Origin: Octopus vulgaris
Taxonomy: Eukaryota
Direction: 5' to 3'
Assembly: GCA_951406725.2 (NCBI GenBank)
Contig: OX597822.1
Coordinates: 62,806,001-62,870,000 of the forward strand
Length of the DNA: 64,000 bases
In this document: piece by piece, positions 40,378 to 54,149 of the stretch
Layout of the letters: each line of letters opens with the position of its first letter
How positions within the stretch are numbered: the stretch's first letter is position 1
Program-made: the position numbers and the translations under genes
The notes under the pieces: generated by a model
Seen by the model: the letters and a program-made list of their open reading frames with translations, nothing else
Told to the model about the DNA's origin: nothing
Databases searched by the model: none

Positions 40378-40740
40378 AGGCGCAGAAGCGGGTGTGTGGT
40401 AATTAGTTTGATTAACCACTTAGTTCCAGGTTCAGTCCCACTACGTGTCTTCTACTATAGCCTCGGGCCAACCAAAGCCCTGTGAATGGATTTGGTAGAC
40501 GGAAACTGAAAAAAGCCCGTCGTATATATGTGTGTGCGTGTGTGTGCGCGTGTGTGTGCACGTGTGTGTGGAGGGATGGCTGTGTATATTTTGTATGTCT
40601 GTTTTTGTCCCACCGACATCGCTTCACAACCGATAGAATAATTACTAGGCTTACAAAGAATCAGTCCTGGGGTCGATTTGCCCGCATAAAGGCGGTGCTC
40701 CAGCATGGTGCGGTCAAATGACTGAAACAAATAAAAGAAT
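40378..40740 (+). mobile_element. SINE family A, internally deleted
   Basis: Aligns with 3613-4082. Confidence 0.85.
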
Positions 40741-40990
40741 ACACTGCATAATGCCAAAGATAACGTCTTCTGCATCTAGGATAAGGACCCAGTATTGCAC
40801 CATCTGTGGTTTCAGGGGGCCACTACTGTTTAACATCCTGGCAAACATCCTCAAGGATTTGCGAGGTATAGATGTGGAAAATTTCAAAAAGCACCTGGAC
40901 AAATTTCTATCTGAAATCCTAGACAAACCCACATCGCGGCAGAAGGCATAAAGAAGAGCTGTTCCGTCCAACTCGCTTCTTCACCAAAAA
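40741..40990 (+). pseudogene. CR1/L2/Jockey-group LINE 3' fragment
   Basis: FRGPLLFNIL...FKKHLDKFLSEILDKP...RAVPSNSLLHQ is a typical LINE ORF2 C-terminus. Confidence 0.6.
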
Positions 40991-41145
40991 CACTAGGGTA
41001 TTAAAATGACTAGTTTGTCTAGACATGTCAAATGGACTACCTCGGAATGAGTCTATATATCCAACTAAACTCGGATATTGAGATGGATGAGTATGTGCAC
41101 ATAAATACGTACGTGTATGTGTGACGTTATATACATACACACATG

Positions 41146-41280
41146 TGGAGGCACAAAGGCCCAGTGGTTAGGTCAGCGGACTCGCAGTCGTGGGATCGCA
41201 GTTTTGATTCTCAGACAGGGTGTTGTGAGTGTTTATTGAGCGAAAACACCTCAAGCTCCACGAGGCTCCGGCAGGGAGGG
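41146..41280 (+). mobile_element. SINE family C, 3'-truncated
   Basis: Head matches 39950-40080. Confidence 0.8.
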
Positions 41281-41284
41281 CTGC

Positions 41285-41925
41285 AATCAGAAAACCACTA
41301 CTTTCAAAAACAAACGTTGCCAACAGTTTAGAGGAGAGTAAAAACTTACAGAAATAAGTCCGTAGGGTAGTGGAAGAATATTTTCTTGGAAGAGTCATCC
41401 TTTACTTTATTTCCGACCACTGGCCGATATATGTGTGGAGACAGCCATACAAGCATTTGACACAGACTGCCTTCTTCCAACTATTAAACATGGAAGAGGA
41501 TCTGTGATGATCTGGGGTACTATATCTCGGAAATCCGCCGGCCCAATGATTTCCCTTCATAGCAGAATTAATAGTCAAGACTATTTAAGCATTTTATTTG
41601 ATCAAATTCATCCTATTGTTGCGGAACTGTTTCCGGAGCGGAACGCAATCTTTCAGGATGATTACTGTACCAATTCACACACCTAAATTTATTACTGAAT
41701 GACACGAGGACATCCTTAGTAAAGTTGAACATCTTATCTGGCTACCGCACTCTCCAGATCTCAATATTATTGAACATTTATGAGTACATTTTAGAAAAAC
41801 AAGTAATAAGTCGATATCCTCCACCATCATCACTACAAGAATTGGCGACTGTTTTCGCTGAAGAATGGACAAAAATTCCTTTGGAAACAATTCAAACTTT
41901 GTACGAGACCATACCTCGCATATTC
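41285..41925 (+). pseudogene. Tc1-like (DD34E) transposase fragment
   Basis: PTIKHGRGSVMIWGTIS, IFQDD and WLPHSPDLNIIEHL across frameshifts. Confidence 0.85.
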
Positions 41926-42024
41926 GTGTGGCATCGTCCGTTTTTCTGTCCTTGTTCCGTATACATTCGTATACATATATATACACATGTATATATATTC
42001 TCACTATATATATAGAATTTTTCC

Positions 42025-42083
<59 letters not shown>

Positions 42084-42104
42084 GGAAAAATTCTATATAT
42101 ATAT

Positions 42105-42310
42105 AAAGTGAGAATTTACAAAAACAAACAGAAGACGAAGACGGGTGTGTAAACAATAAACAGATGTATTAGTTTAACGCTCAGGAAGAGAGAAAGTCTT
42201 TTACATTTCGGGCCGCCTACGCTCCTTGACAGAAAGGAACACAGAAATAAACAGGGAGAGAAAATGAAAAAAGGGTTTAGTGGCTAGCGATCTATCATGG
42301 CGAATGCCAG
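42105..42310 (-). mobile_element. Hammerhead-like element family H1
   Basis: Aligns with 59338-59530; degenerate core CTGTCAA..GAAATGTA; (TA)n on both sides. Confidence 0.72.
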
Positions 42311-42313
42311 ATG

Positions 42314-42361
<48 letters not shown>

Positions 42362-42367
<6 letters not shown>

Positions 42368-42558
42368 ATCCAAACATGAAAACACAACACCGCAAGGACG
42401 TGGGACAAGTATAGTGTTATGCACGCTCAGGAAAGAAAAGAAAGAAGGAGGATTTAACGCTTCGAGCGGAGCTCTTCGTCAGAAACATAGGAAAAGGAAA
42501 GATCCAAGGAAAGGAAGACGGAGGGAAAAATTGCCAGCGATACACACGCGGTCACATT

Positions 42559-42562
<4 letters not shown>
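42362..42562 (-). mobile_element. Sister element H1b with hammerhead fold at 42452-42486
   Basis: GUUU-CUGACGA-A-GAGC-ucc-GCUC-GAAG-CGUU-AAAU; shares the downstream TTCCTGAGCGT block with H1; (TA)n on both sides. Confidence 0.65.
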
Positions 42563-42628
<66 letters not shown>

Positions 42629-42918
42629 AGTATATAAATTTATCATGAAATATTGTGTCCTCCCTATAATTGCTCGCACTAACACGAGTGGAATATGTTT
42701 CTTTATGCCGTTTATACATAAATACACACACACATATGTGTGTGTGTTTGTGCCTACACGTCATAAAAAGCATAAATCAATTGATCTTATTTTGACAGTG
42801 AAAACTGAAGTAAAGCTATAAATATTTCCGTGCAAATATTTACAAGCTATTTATTATTTACAGCTTTGTGTTTGGGGTTCAACCCTCAAATAAGAAAGAT
42901 ATAAAATTATATACATCA

Positions 42919-42960
<42 letters not shown>

Positions 42961-43099
42961 GGGCAGACAGACAGACAGACAGATAATCTAATGTGTGTAA
43001 AAAAAAATAAATCACTTTAGTGTTTTCAATGGTGTTTGAATTCTTGAATTCTGTAGTAAACTTCTTGGGAATAAGTTTCTTAAACTTGTAACATAACAG

Positions 43100-43328
43100 G
43101 AACATTCTTAACTGATACAGTTCTATACTTAAGAGATGAAGAATTATATATATTATTTACATTATTTATATTTGACGGATATTTATCCTTGTCTTGTTTG
43201 TTGTTAACACAATGTTTCGGCTGATATACCCTCCAGCATTCATCAGGTGTGTTGGGGAAATTTCGAACCCGGATTCTCATTCCTAAGGTATTTTTCGATG
43301 TAATTATTACTATTATTATTATTATTAC

Positions 43329-43363
<35 letters not shown>

Positions 43364-43800
43364 TCACTGAATAATAATCGAACTCGGAATCTTGGGGCTA
43401 GTAGCCCCCGCTCTCAACCGCTACGCCATATGCCCGTGGGCAATTATGGAGTGAATTTTAGGGCTTATAAATCTAATATTTTCCTATCCTTCCTTAATAC
43501 CGGTTCCCATATCCTACTCATATCTGCACTCGGTCTGCTTAGGAAGTTGTTATGTCCTAGCGTATGTGCTGCTTCTTTTAGTTTTCGTATTTTCCAGTGA
43601 TGTTCTCTGTCTATTATTAAGGGGAGATAGTTTCCATTTTTCCAAACATGATCAGATATACTCGATTTATCAATATCTTCTCGTGTCATAGCTTTGCGAT
43701 GTTCGTCTACCCTTATTTTGGGGGTGCTGCATGTTTCACCTTTGTATAGCCTACCGCAGCTGCAGGGGATGGAGTACACGCAGTGTTTGGTCATATTCAC
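43100..43800 (-). mobile_element. Penelope-like element 3' end: GIY-YIG endonuclease fragment plus pLTR-like region
   Basis: ORF 43465-43800 CVYSIPCSCGRLYKGET...RVDEH...SSISDH...RKLKEA is the PLE GIY-YIG pattern; tRNA-like segment and hammerhead follow downstream. Confidence 0.85.
43207..43250 (-). ncRNA. Type-I minimal hammerhead ribozyme
   Basis: ACAC-CUGAUGA-auGCUG..CAGCc-GAAA-CAUU-GUGU: canonical core, in the position expected in a PLE pLTR. Confidence 0.75.
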
Positions 43801-44437
43801 TTATATTGTGTGTGTGTGCGAATGTGTACAATGCTGTTTAAATTTAAGCTAAACGTCCAATATTTAGAACATAAATTTTAATATATTCGATCGTGTAAAC
43901 CGTAACACTCTCTACAACCCGACATCGATCTTAAATATTACAAATCGAAGTTATGCAATCTCTGAAGATTTGACAATGTGATTCCTTGAGAAATATTTTG
44001 TAATATCACCATACAAAAAGAAGAGTTTAAATCCATACTCTAAATGATTGTGATCTATTTTCCCTTCGGACTTAAATGAAAGCGCTTCTGCTTGTTTGTT
44101 TCTTGTTTTTGATATTTGTTTTGTTGTTGTTGTTGTTTGTTTCATTTTTCAAACTATGCCAGTGCTGGTCGGAATGGATTCTCGTGATACAAAATTTCTC
44201 TGCAAGCAAAATTTAATAATGCAGCATATTTTTCCCGATTTTATTGCTATTAAACTTCTTATAGTGTACATTAACACTTTTTATCGATTTACTTTGGCCT
44301 ACTTTTGGGGTAAACCTTTTTAGGAACAATTGTCAAGTCTACGAGAACAATTTTATGCATCAATACGAATCGCAAAGACAAACGAGTTTAATACCCTGAG
44401 ATGTGCAATAAATATGCATAATAGATATAAATACGCA

Positions 44438-44513
<76 letters not shown>

Positions 44514-46724
44514 TTTATATATTTCACAGCATGCCTTTTTATATGCTAAGTGAACCTGATGTTTGACCTTATTTACCTGAAAAACAAGGTAAAAAGATTA
44601 GGCAGGAGAAAGTTAGAGCTTTTGAAAGAGATGTCCTCAAAGATCTGACACATTCTGTATATACACACTCACTCACACACATACACACACACATACGCTT
44701 ACACATGCGCATACACGTATATACATACATATATATTTATAGTTATATACAGTACATATATATATATATATACACACACACACTTCATGTAAACATACAC
44801 ACACACATACATACAACTCAATTTACTCCACTACTCCGCGATCAAATCCACTTTTGTCAATCACTATATCTATCTATGCATACTTTCCCTCTCTCTCTTA
44901 TTCTTTACTCTAAATACCTATATATGTCTGTCACTTCACGTGTCTGTACAGTTAAGTAGCAAAATCTAAACCAGAAGTAAGTAAGCCATTGTCCTCGAAG
45001 TTATTTTGATATCTTATAAATTTTCTTTATATTATCTTCGAACTTGGTTGTAAAACACAAAAACTTTCACCGACTTTAAATGGTTGCTTCGCATAACACA
45101 TGCATGTTATACATCAACATATGCTCATATTCACAACTACGTGTGCGGTAATGTACATTTAACTTAAACTATAAGCGTCCTCCGGCTTGTATATTTTTAT
45201 CCTATTTATACGCATGTATGCGAGCGTGTATGTGTATGTGTATAAATACGAGTGTGTGAGTGAGTTTGCGCGCGCGCGTGTGTGTGTGTGTGTGTGTGTG
45301 AGTGTCTGTTAAAATGTCTGAAAGCGATATTCTTTCATAATGTACTATAGAACCAAATTATGTTTAACAATGATGAAACACAGAAACAGCAAACTTTATG
45401 AAAATGTAAGAAAAAACACAATAGAAAATATATAATAAAAAAGAAAAAGAAATTTCTCCACAGTCCATTAAGAGACACTGGAATATTGTAAATTACCTTT
45501 TCATAAACCGCCTGTGAAGCGCATTTATGTTTGTGCAGCTGCTGCATGCTTTTCTATATATAGCAAAAATATTGATTTGCTATTTACTAAAGACTCTTAT
45601 CACGAGCCAATCTATGAGACTTTTCACAGACGCTCGACCTCCTAGAAATATCAGCGAAATGACCCAATATTTATAACGTACTGTCTTTGAATAAAAGGAA
45701 GGCGAGGTTCTGTGTGTTGCCGAGGACAGTAATGAATAATCTCCGATCGAAGACTGAGGTCAGAGCTTTTGAACTGTTTCCAGAAAGCATTTGTCCAGTC
45801 TCTAGCAACCTTACACAAGAGCTTTTGTTTTGTTTTGCCTTTTTCTATCCAGAATAAATTTTTCAATCACGTATCTGTCTGAGATGCGCTGGATATGAGA
45901 CTGTCCAATGCACTGCTAATTTGTAGGTATACGTCGCACAGCCATCATCATATCAGACATGGATTCAGGCTGTCGTAAATATCAATCTTTTGCTTTCCTT
46001 CTGCAAAGAATAGTAAGTAGATACCTTTTTGTCTGGTGAAGGCAGTTGTGTTGTGGATGCGTTTGAAAGACTTGAGAACAGAGTTTTTCTGTTCAGTACC
46101 ACTTGAAGGGGAAGCGAGAAGAGAGAGTGAGATGCTGCCCTCTGGTGACTTTTATAAAAGGAGAGTTAAAGTAGATATTCAAAAGGGTTTGCTCTGAATT
46201 TGTGATTGTGAGTTACAAGAAGTGGGAGAAGTTTTGATGTCAGAGTTAACCGAGATTTTGTGCAGGGCTTCCCGAATAATCCCCTGTATTTGTATGTTCC
46301 TCCATTGTGTGGACTCTCATTATCCTAATTATGGTGAGAGACCCTTTCATTGTTCTAGTTTTGTTTTGCTCTATTGATTTATAATGACTGTTCTATAATA
46401 AATAAAAATAAGAAATAAGTGGAAATTTTACCGGTGAGTGTGTTAAATTATAAGGCACAAAAAGAAAATGACTCTCCCCAGACACAACAGAATATGCTTC
46501 AACACACGAACTCACATAAAGAATCGTGCAAACTAAATCCAAAAACGAAACTGAGATTTATTTATACAAATTATACTCTTTTCCAAAGTCTTGTGTCTTA
46601 AAAGACAATAAAAATATTATAACTCTTATTTTTACCATTCATGTATTATTATAATTATTAGTTACAGATATGATTTATTTATCTGTTATTATTAACATCA
46701 ATGAAGGGAAGGTAAATACTCATT

Positions 46725-47075
46725 TCATATTTTGGCACAAGGCCAGCAATTTTGAGAGAGGGATAAGTCAATAACATCGAACCCATTGTTCAACTGATAC
46801 TTCTTTAATCGACCCCGATAACGTTTTGCCCAGCCTGTTAACGATTCTGCCAGTTCGCCGCCTATAGGCGATCAGTGGACAATACTTTTATGACCTGGGT
46901 TCCAGTAAGAAGAAACGACGGTCTTCAGTACTGCTTCCTTCTACAAAATTTCATTCACTAAGTATAGGTCAACCCGAAGTTATAGTTAAAGACATTTGCC
47001 CAACGTGCTGCGCAGAAGGATTGAACTCGTAATCATGTGATTGCGAATAAAACTTCTTAATCACACATTACGCCT
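46725..47075 (-). mobile_element. Diverged SINE B and SINE A fragments
   Basis: TTTTGGCACAAGGCCAGCAATTTTG (B tail) and AGTTAAAGACATTTGCCCAACGTGC (A CORE-like block). Confidence 0.6.
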
Positions 47076-47130
47076 TAAATGTTGGCTTTGTAGCGTTGTT
47101 AAGAAAAGATTATTATTAATGTTGAAACAA

Positions 47131-47550
47131 GGCGACGAGCTGGCAGAATCGTTAGAACGCCGGGTGAAATGCTTAGCAGTATTTCGTCTGCCGCTACGTT
47201 CTGAGTTCAAATTCCGCCGAGGTCGACTTTGCCTTTCATCCTTTCGGAGTCGATTAAATAAGTACCAGTCACGCACTGGGGTCGATAAAATCGACTTAAT
47301 CCGTTTGTCTGTCCTTGTTTGTCCCCTCTGTGTGAAGCCCTTTGTGGGCAGTAAAGAAATAAGAATCGTTAACATGCCGGGCAAAATGCTTAGCGGCATT
47401 TAGTCTGTCTTTACGTTCTGAGTTCAAATTACGCCGAGGTCGACCTTGCCCTCCGGAATCGATAAAATAAGTACCAGTTGAGCAGTGGGGTCAATATAAT
47501 CGACTTATACCTCCGAAATTGCTGGCTTTGAACCAAAATTTGAAACAATT
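47131..47550 (+). mobile_element. SINE family B, long-tail copy plus short-tail copy in tandem
   Basis: GGCGACGAGCTGGCAGAATCGTTAG at 47131; second unit starts near 47362. Confidence 0.88.
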
Positions 47551-50500
47551 ATCAATATTGTTACAGTTATATGTATACATATAACAGATGTAATCGATTC
47601 TTGTCTCAGCTCTAAAAAGCCAATACTTTTAATTATAACCACTTGATAGACACCCCTGATCATTGAAAGCTTAAGCAGCTGACTCTCTTTATCCACACTA
47701 GAGCATGTATTTAATAAATAATAGTAGCTTCCTTTCATTATATTGTTTCTGTTATGGATCGTATTTGTTTTGCTTTTGTTAGTGAGACAGTAATGAAAGC
47801 TGACACTTACAACATGCTAAACTGGCATTTCAGTCTAGCGGCCATTATAACTCTGTTTGTTTTCTGTTGACTTAATTATATTTATCACTTGTGGCGATTG
47901 TGCTCGAAAGATAATGTAATTTGAATAAAAGTTCTATATATGTATGATGTGACTTACTTTTTCCTCAATATTATACTGTATTTTATCTTCTATTTATACT
48001 TTGGTGAGTTTAGAGTAGGTTGGCGGTTTTTGTGTGAATGATAGGTGTTTCGGCTTTTAAATCAAAATTAGTTTGATATATTATTGAATGTAATCAAGCA
48101 ATAAAGAAACTATATCGTCAGAAAAAGAAAAGAGCGATAATAAATAATTTGACGGTCTTTAGAATAGCCATATTTTAAAAGCTAATTTACTCGAAAATAT
48201 ATTCATGTTAAGAACTTATTTATTCTATTTATTAGGGAAAATAGAGAGAGAATGAGGAGATAGGAATGGAAAGGAAGGGGGAAGATGAAAAAGAAGGTGG
48301 AAGGGAGGCATGGAGAACATTCTACTGAGTGGAATGAATTGGAAGGTTTTCCTCATTCTGATTAATTGAATAATTTTTCTCTAATGAATAAAAATTCAGA
48401 CCAGCAGGGAAGAAAGACACTTTGAAATGTTTTCTGATTACTGCTGTTCTTCAGTTTTTATTATTACGTCTAACCTAAGATGTATGGGTGGCTAACCGAC
48501 CTGAAGTACACTGCTGAGCGATAGAACTACTAAAGAAAGAAAGAAATACTTATATAATTAAATAAAAACTGAGAGCTGGTAGATTCGTTTGCACGCCGAA
48601 CAAACTACGTAACGGCATTTCTTCAGATTTTACGTTCTACGTTCAAATCCAGCCGTGGTTAACATTACCTTTATTCTTACGGGGCCGATAAAATAACTCT
48701 TGTCCGTGTTTGTGTATTTTCTATGTATGTGTGTGTGTGTGAGCGTGTGTTTGTATATGTATGTACCTCTGTCTCCTTGTGTGTGTGTGTTTTGCAACTA
48801 TTTACCATGTTTGTATGTATGTTTGTATGTATATATGTGTGGACCCGTGTCTCCATATGTGTCCTTGTGTGGAATAAAGTGTGTGTGTATATATGGTCAT
48901 GTGTTTCAGTCTCCATTTGCGTATGTGTACTTGTCTGTTCATATAACCTATGTACCTATCCGTCTGTATGTTGATCTGTTTATTTTCATATCCATATGCT
49001 TACATACATGTGCATACACACACACACCCACACCCACACCCACACACACATACATCTATCTACATAGCAGCCCACTAACTATTCTACTCTACCTGTGTAA
49101 ACTGTGGGTATGGAGGTATGATATCTACTATGCATATTTCCTATTTACTATTGGGGAAGTTTCATTTATAAGGATGTACTCCCGTATTTGTCTGAGTGTT
49201 GGGTCTTTTGGGTGCTTGGATAAGATGCGGATGTCAAGTTAACCCAAGTTGCCTCCATGGTGGTCTTTGGCATGTTGGTAGAGTATGGAGGACTGTTTTT
49301 TGTCGTCATATTGTCTCAGATATTTTTAATGCATTTTGTTTAGCTATTTTCGAGATTGAATGATACATCTTCAAATGTCAAGAAAGGCGATTTCTCAAGA
49401 AATGAAAATTAAAATAATTAAGTCGACTTCGAAATGCAAAGAGTTCAACAGAAACTGCGAAATAGCTTGATACAAACAAAAGAAATGTAAAAATATAGTT
49501 AAGAAAAAAAGAAGTAGAATTCGGAGCCAATATAATCTTTGGATCTTCAGTTTCTTTAAAATACGTCAAACATATGTAACAACGATATGGAAACAATGAT
49601 AAATACCTATGATTTTAAAAAGACTATACACACACATACATACACACACGTACATACATACATAAAAACATACATACATACACACACAAAAAACACATAC
49701 ATACATACATACATACATACATACATACATACATACATACATACATACATACATACATACATACATGTGTGTACACATGAACACATGACAGGTGTATTTC
49801 TTATACCCATTTCAGTACATAATTATTTATATTTCATGTTTTATTAAATACATTATCTTCCTCGTTTTATACAAATCCGATTAGCACGGAGGCTGACGTA
49901 ATCACTTTACCGTATAAACCGTGGTGGGTCATATACGGTCTAAATGACTAAATACTTATACTTATTTAACATCTCTATGAAGTTAAGTCCACGATGGCCT
50001 TTTCGACAACTTGATATGGGAATCGATCTCACCTGATTCGTTTTTATTTAACAATTCACTAGGTTTCACTTTCATCTCCTTCCCAAGTTGATGATGAAAC
50101 AAGCTAAAATCTGAAACATAAAACGGTAAAACGCGTATATCCAAACACAATCTTGTTTACAAAGCAGGATGGCTTCACAGGCTAATTTCAGAAACTGTGT
50201 CTGCGACAATTAATCAAGAGGAGAGTTCGGTGCGTTAATTGCTATGAAAAGCGTAGACTGAGGAATTTATGACCTTTGTTCGAATCGAATCGATAACAAA
50301 CTTTGTCTCTGGGAGTCTTTAGGAGTGGATAGAATGAGAACCAATTAAATAATGAACTTTTTCAAACCCGTGCACCTTACGTAAGAGCAACCACTTGTTT
50401 TGATATATTTCCTTTTGTCAGTACAATACCTAATACATTTTGCCAAACAGTACTATTTACTTTATCGTGAACATGTTTGTAAATACTGAAGTTTTGATTA

Positions 50501-50724
50501 TAATTTGGTCTGTATATTTTATACTTATTCCCAAGGTACGCGTTTAAGCATTAGCTGTGAATAGGATAGCAACAATACTTTAAGTACTACATTATTCATA
50601 GGTTGTGCTCCAAGTGTATACGAGAGGGAAATACTGTCAAAAGCTCTGCCATGCCCAGACCAGTATTTCTCTTTCTGCAGGCTTAGGTTATGGAGTAGTT
50701 GATCAGTAATTAATCTTTACAATA

Positions 50725-50798
<74 letters not shown>

Positions 50799-50809
50799 CC
50801 TTCTGGAGA

Positions 50810-51250
50810 CAAGTTAATTTTTCCAGTCGTCAATCTATCTTCTGCGTTATTATTGCAACAAAGTGTTAAGAGAGGATGGAAGGATGGCAGCGCGAATTGA
50901 TAGCACCTGAATGGAAGTCACATGATACCAATCTATTCTGCTGAGTAGAAGCAACTTCAGCATCGGAATAAAATATAGAGATAAGAAGCATGTAGAGCAG
51001 AAGTTGGCGCTTTGCTCGTATCCTTTTGTTTTTTTAATGGTGAATGACTTCAAGCTAATTACTCATACGGCCAGATTTCCGGATGCCATTTTGAATGTGT
51101 GTGTGTGTAGCAACAGCATCATTCCAGATCTTAGAGTGGTACATCATCGTACCTCTCTCCTGAGCTTTGTAAATGTTAGCAGTTGCTGAAGGCCCGTGTA
51201 CTTTATAACCCTGGTGTGAAGGATTTCGACGGTTTGGTGTAGCAGTGATC
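50810..51250 (-). pseudogene. Decayed Jockey/CR1-group LINE fragment
   Basis: IYKAQERGTMMYHSKIWNDA resembles the LINE thumb motif IYKAQVRP.MEYCS.IW. Confidence 0.45.
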
Positions 51251-51984
51251 CGTTCAACAGAGCTACTTATTTCAATTGAATAATAGAACAAGTGGTTGAC
51301 TGATCTGCATGCAAAGGTAATTAAATAATTAGGCGGGAAAAGCCAAGCATTTTAGAGGAAGTGTATGGTCGATTAAGTTAATATGAAGGACTTGATTGTT
51401 ATTTATTCTAACAGATAAGGAGAGATGAAAAGCAAATTTAACCATGCAGCTCAGTAATTAAAGGGATTATTGCTTATATAATCTATTTCGGAATGAAAAG
51501 ATAAAAGTGAACCATAGTTAAGCGAGATTTGAACTCACAAGGGAGAGGTGCGCAATTAAACACAGCGATGCCCAATCAAATTATGTCAACAACATGTCTT
51601 GAGGGGAATATCATGCAATATAAATAGATAGCTCTTAAAACAGGAAATTTGAATACCGTCCGTTCCATTATATCTGAATACTTTCATAAACTACTTGTTC
51701 ACTTGGGAGAGGGGATTATATTGCTAGATCGGTTCTCAACAATTTTGTGTCGCCTACTCAGTACAATAAGCGAATAAATGTATTTGCTGCCTGCAGGCTG
51801 TAATATCTATAGCGATGATATTTGAAATTCAAATTAACCAGGATGTGTTGCCCCAAGATTGTATCGCGTGTATTGTCCACAACAAAAATTAAACTCAGTT
51901 GAAGATCCATTATCAAACTGATGAAATTTTCGATGGAGAAATCATTCGCACTTATACTAAACCCGATTATATTTACATATGCCG

Positions 51985-52026
<42 letters not shown>

Positions 52027-52110
52027 ATGTGTGTGTATGTGTGTGTGTTTGTATGTATGTATGTATGTATGTATGTATATATATATATATATGTTTGTAT
52101 GTATGTATGA

Positions 52111-52152
<42 letters not shown>

Positions 52153-52939
52153 TAGTTTTGCATTAGAAAATTCCTGATCCAAGCAATTCCATTTAAGTAT
52201 CATCAACTATACTGACTATAGAAGAAAACGAAAACACATCAAGCTACATTTTAATTCATCAGTCATTAAATATATGAAGCTACTTCGCCCGATCTTAACC
52301 GAAATGCTGGAAGCAAAATTATACTTCAAAGAATTGAAACATTAACAACTTAATATACTCAGTATCGGTTCTGTCATAGACAATTGTTGCTTTTGTTGTT
52401 ATAGTTTAGACTTTTAGGAATAGGCATATGATCAAAGGCATTCCAGTCATGACCATGCTGTTTTGGGGAATGTCTAGAACTACGTTCCCTAATATGTCAA
52501 TTGGTTGTTGTTGTCGCTGTAGTTTAGCTCAGGTCTGTCCCGCTCGAGCAGACCGATGATCTAAGGGAATTCCGTCCGTGACCATCTTCTGAAGAGTATT
52601 CATTATTATATTATCTATGATATTCCATTCTCATCTCTACTCTGGTTGAGCATACATACGATAAAAAGCATTGCAGATGTGACCATCCTGTCTTTTTACA
52701 CATCTACGTCTCCATTGCACGTCTCATATCCTTTTTAAAACAGTACACCATACTGTCTTTGAAAAAAATAACACGGAGGATAATTTTGTTGCGATTTCTA
52801 CCAAGTTAAGCGACCTCCTAAGAGTACCCAGTGTGGTATCCGAATTTCTTCGTCCAGTTTCCACTTACAAACATCGTAACAAATACGTTTGTGAAGCTCA
52901 TAAGTAAGAGTTTATTGTCTTGTCTGTATGTTGTAATAA

Positions 52940-53125
52940 GGGTTACAAATGTTGGCACAATATCAGGAATTTTAGGAGAATGGCAAATAGATTACATTAA
53001 GCAACTGCTCGACTGGTACTTACTTTATCGACCCCGAAGAATGAAAGGCAACGTAGACCTCAGCGGAATTTGAATTCAAAACGTATACTGCTAAGCACTT
53101 TGTCTGATGTGCTAACAATTCTGCT
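52940..53125 (-). mobile_element. SINE family B, diverged
   Basis: CTGGTACTTACTTTATCGACCCCGAAGAATGAAAGGCAA on the plus strand. Confidence 0.7.
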
Positions 53126-53829
53126 TTATAGGTAGTAATAAGAATAACAATAGAACTTGAAATTCACATCAGCTAAGTTGTATGTCTCCAGAATAATATC
53201 AATTCTATAATTTTCAACAAAAGTCGAAATAAAAGGATGACTGATTTTTAAACAAATGAAAACATATAGGCATACGTTATACCTAATCTGACTAAACATG
53301 TTCGTCGACGGGAAGCGTCTGGTTATTCTGGACGATGGATGACTAATGACTACGCGGTGACTTTAAAGTGAAAAAGAGTTGCGTACCGACACCCTCAGTC
53401 TATCGTCCGTGACCATCTTCCATCCAAAAGCAAGACCAAGTCAAGACGACTGGCGAAAGAAAAGCATGCATTTGGATGACCAAGATGTCTTGCTTGATTT
53501 ATCTTGTTCTCTGCACACTACAATGCGTTGCTGTAGCCGCTTTTCCCTTCCGCAGGATCCACAGGATCCAGTATTCACATACGTAGGTAGACAACTCAAC
53601 AAAATTTACATATCCGTTGGCTATCCTCGCATGGTTTAGCCTGCCAGTGAAATCGGTTTGGGTCACAGGTGGACCAAAATGGATGAGCTACTCCTAAGAG
53701 CGCGACGTGTTCCCTCGTCATGGATGACAACCCTCTGTGACGCATCATACATCAACTTGACCATATACGAATTCATGCAACAGTAGTTTGTAGTGTACTA
53801 ATTTCGTTGTATTCACAACAAGGAGGTAT

Positions 53830-54030
53830 ACCATGATAGATCGTTAGCTCCTACATGCATTTTTTTCTCTCCTTGTTTCTCTCCTTGTTTTTTTTCTGTG
53901 TATCTTTCTGTCGAAGAGCGTAGGCTCGAAACGTAAAAGACTTTTTCTATTCCTGAGCGCTATACTAATACATTTGTTTGTTTATACTCCACCTGCCTTC
54001 GCCTTTTGTTTATCTTCGTAAACTTTCCCT
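53830..54030 (+). mobile_element. Hammerhead-like element family H1, best-folding copy
   Basis: Four homologous copies in the window; followed by (TA)n. Confidence 0.75.
53903..53940 (+). ncRNA. Minimal type-I hammerhead-like fold with CUGUCGA core
   Basis: UCUUU-CUGUCGA-A-GAGC-guag-GCUC-GAAA-CGUA-AAAGA: 5-bp stem I, 4-bp stem II, palindromic ACGU in place of stem III. Confidence 0.6.
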
Positions 54031-54080
54031 TTATATATATATATTTATTTATTTATTTGTTTATTTATATTTATATATAT

Positions 54081-54149
<69 letters not shown>

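Noticed and set aside
43362-43435. Functional tRNA gene (also the heads near 2100, 20700 and 39960)
   Set aside because: Acceptor and T stems do not close and each head continues into a repeat body.
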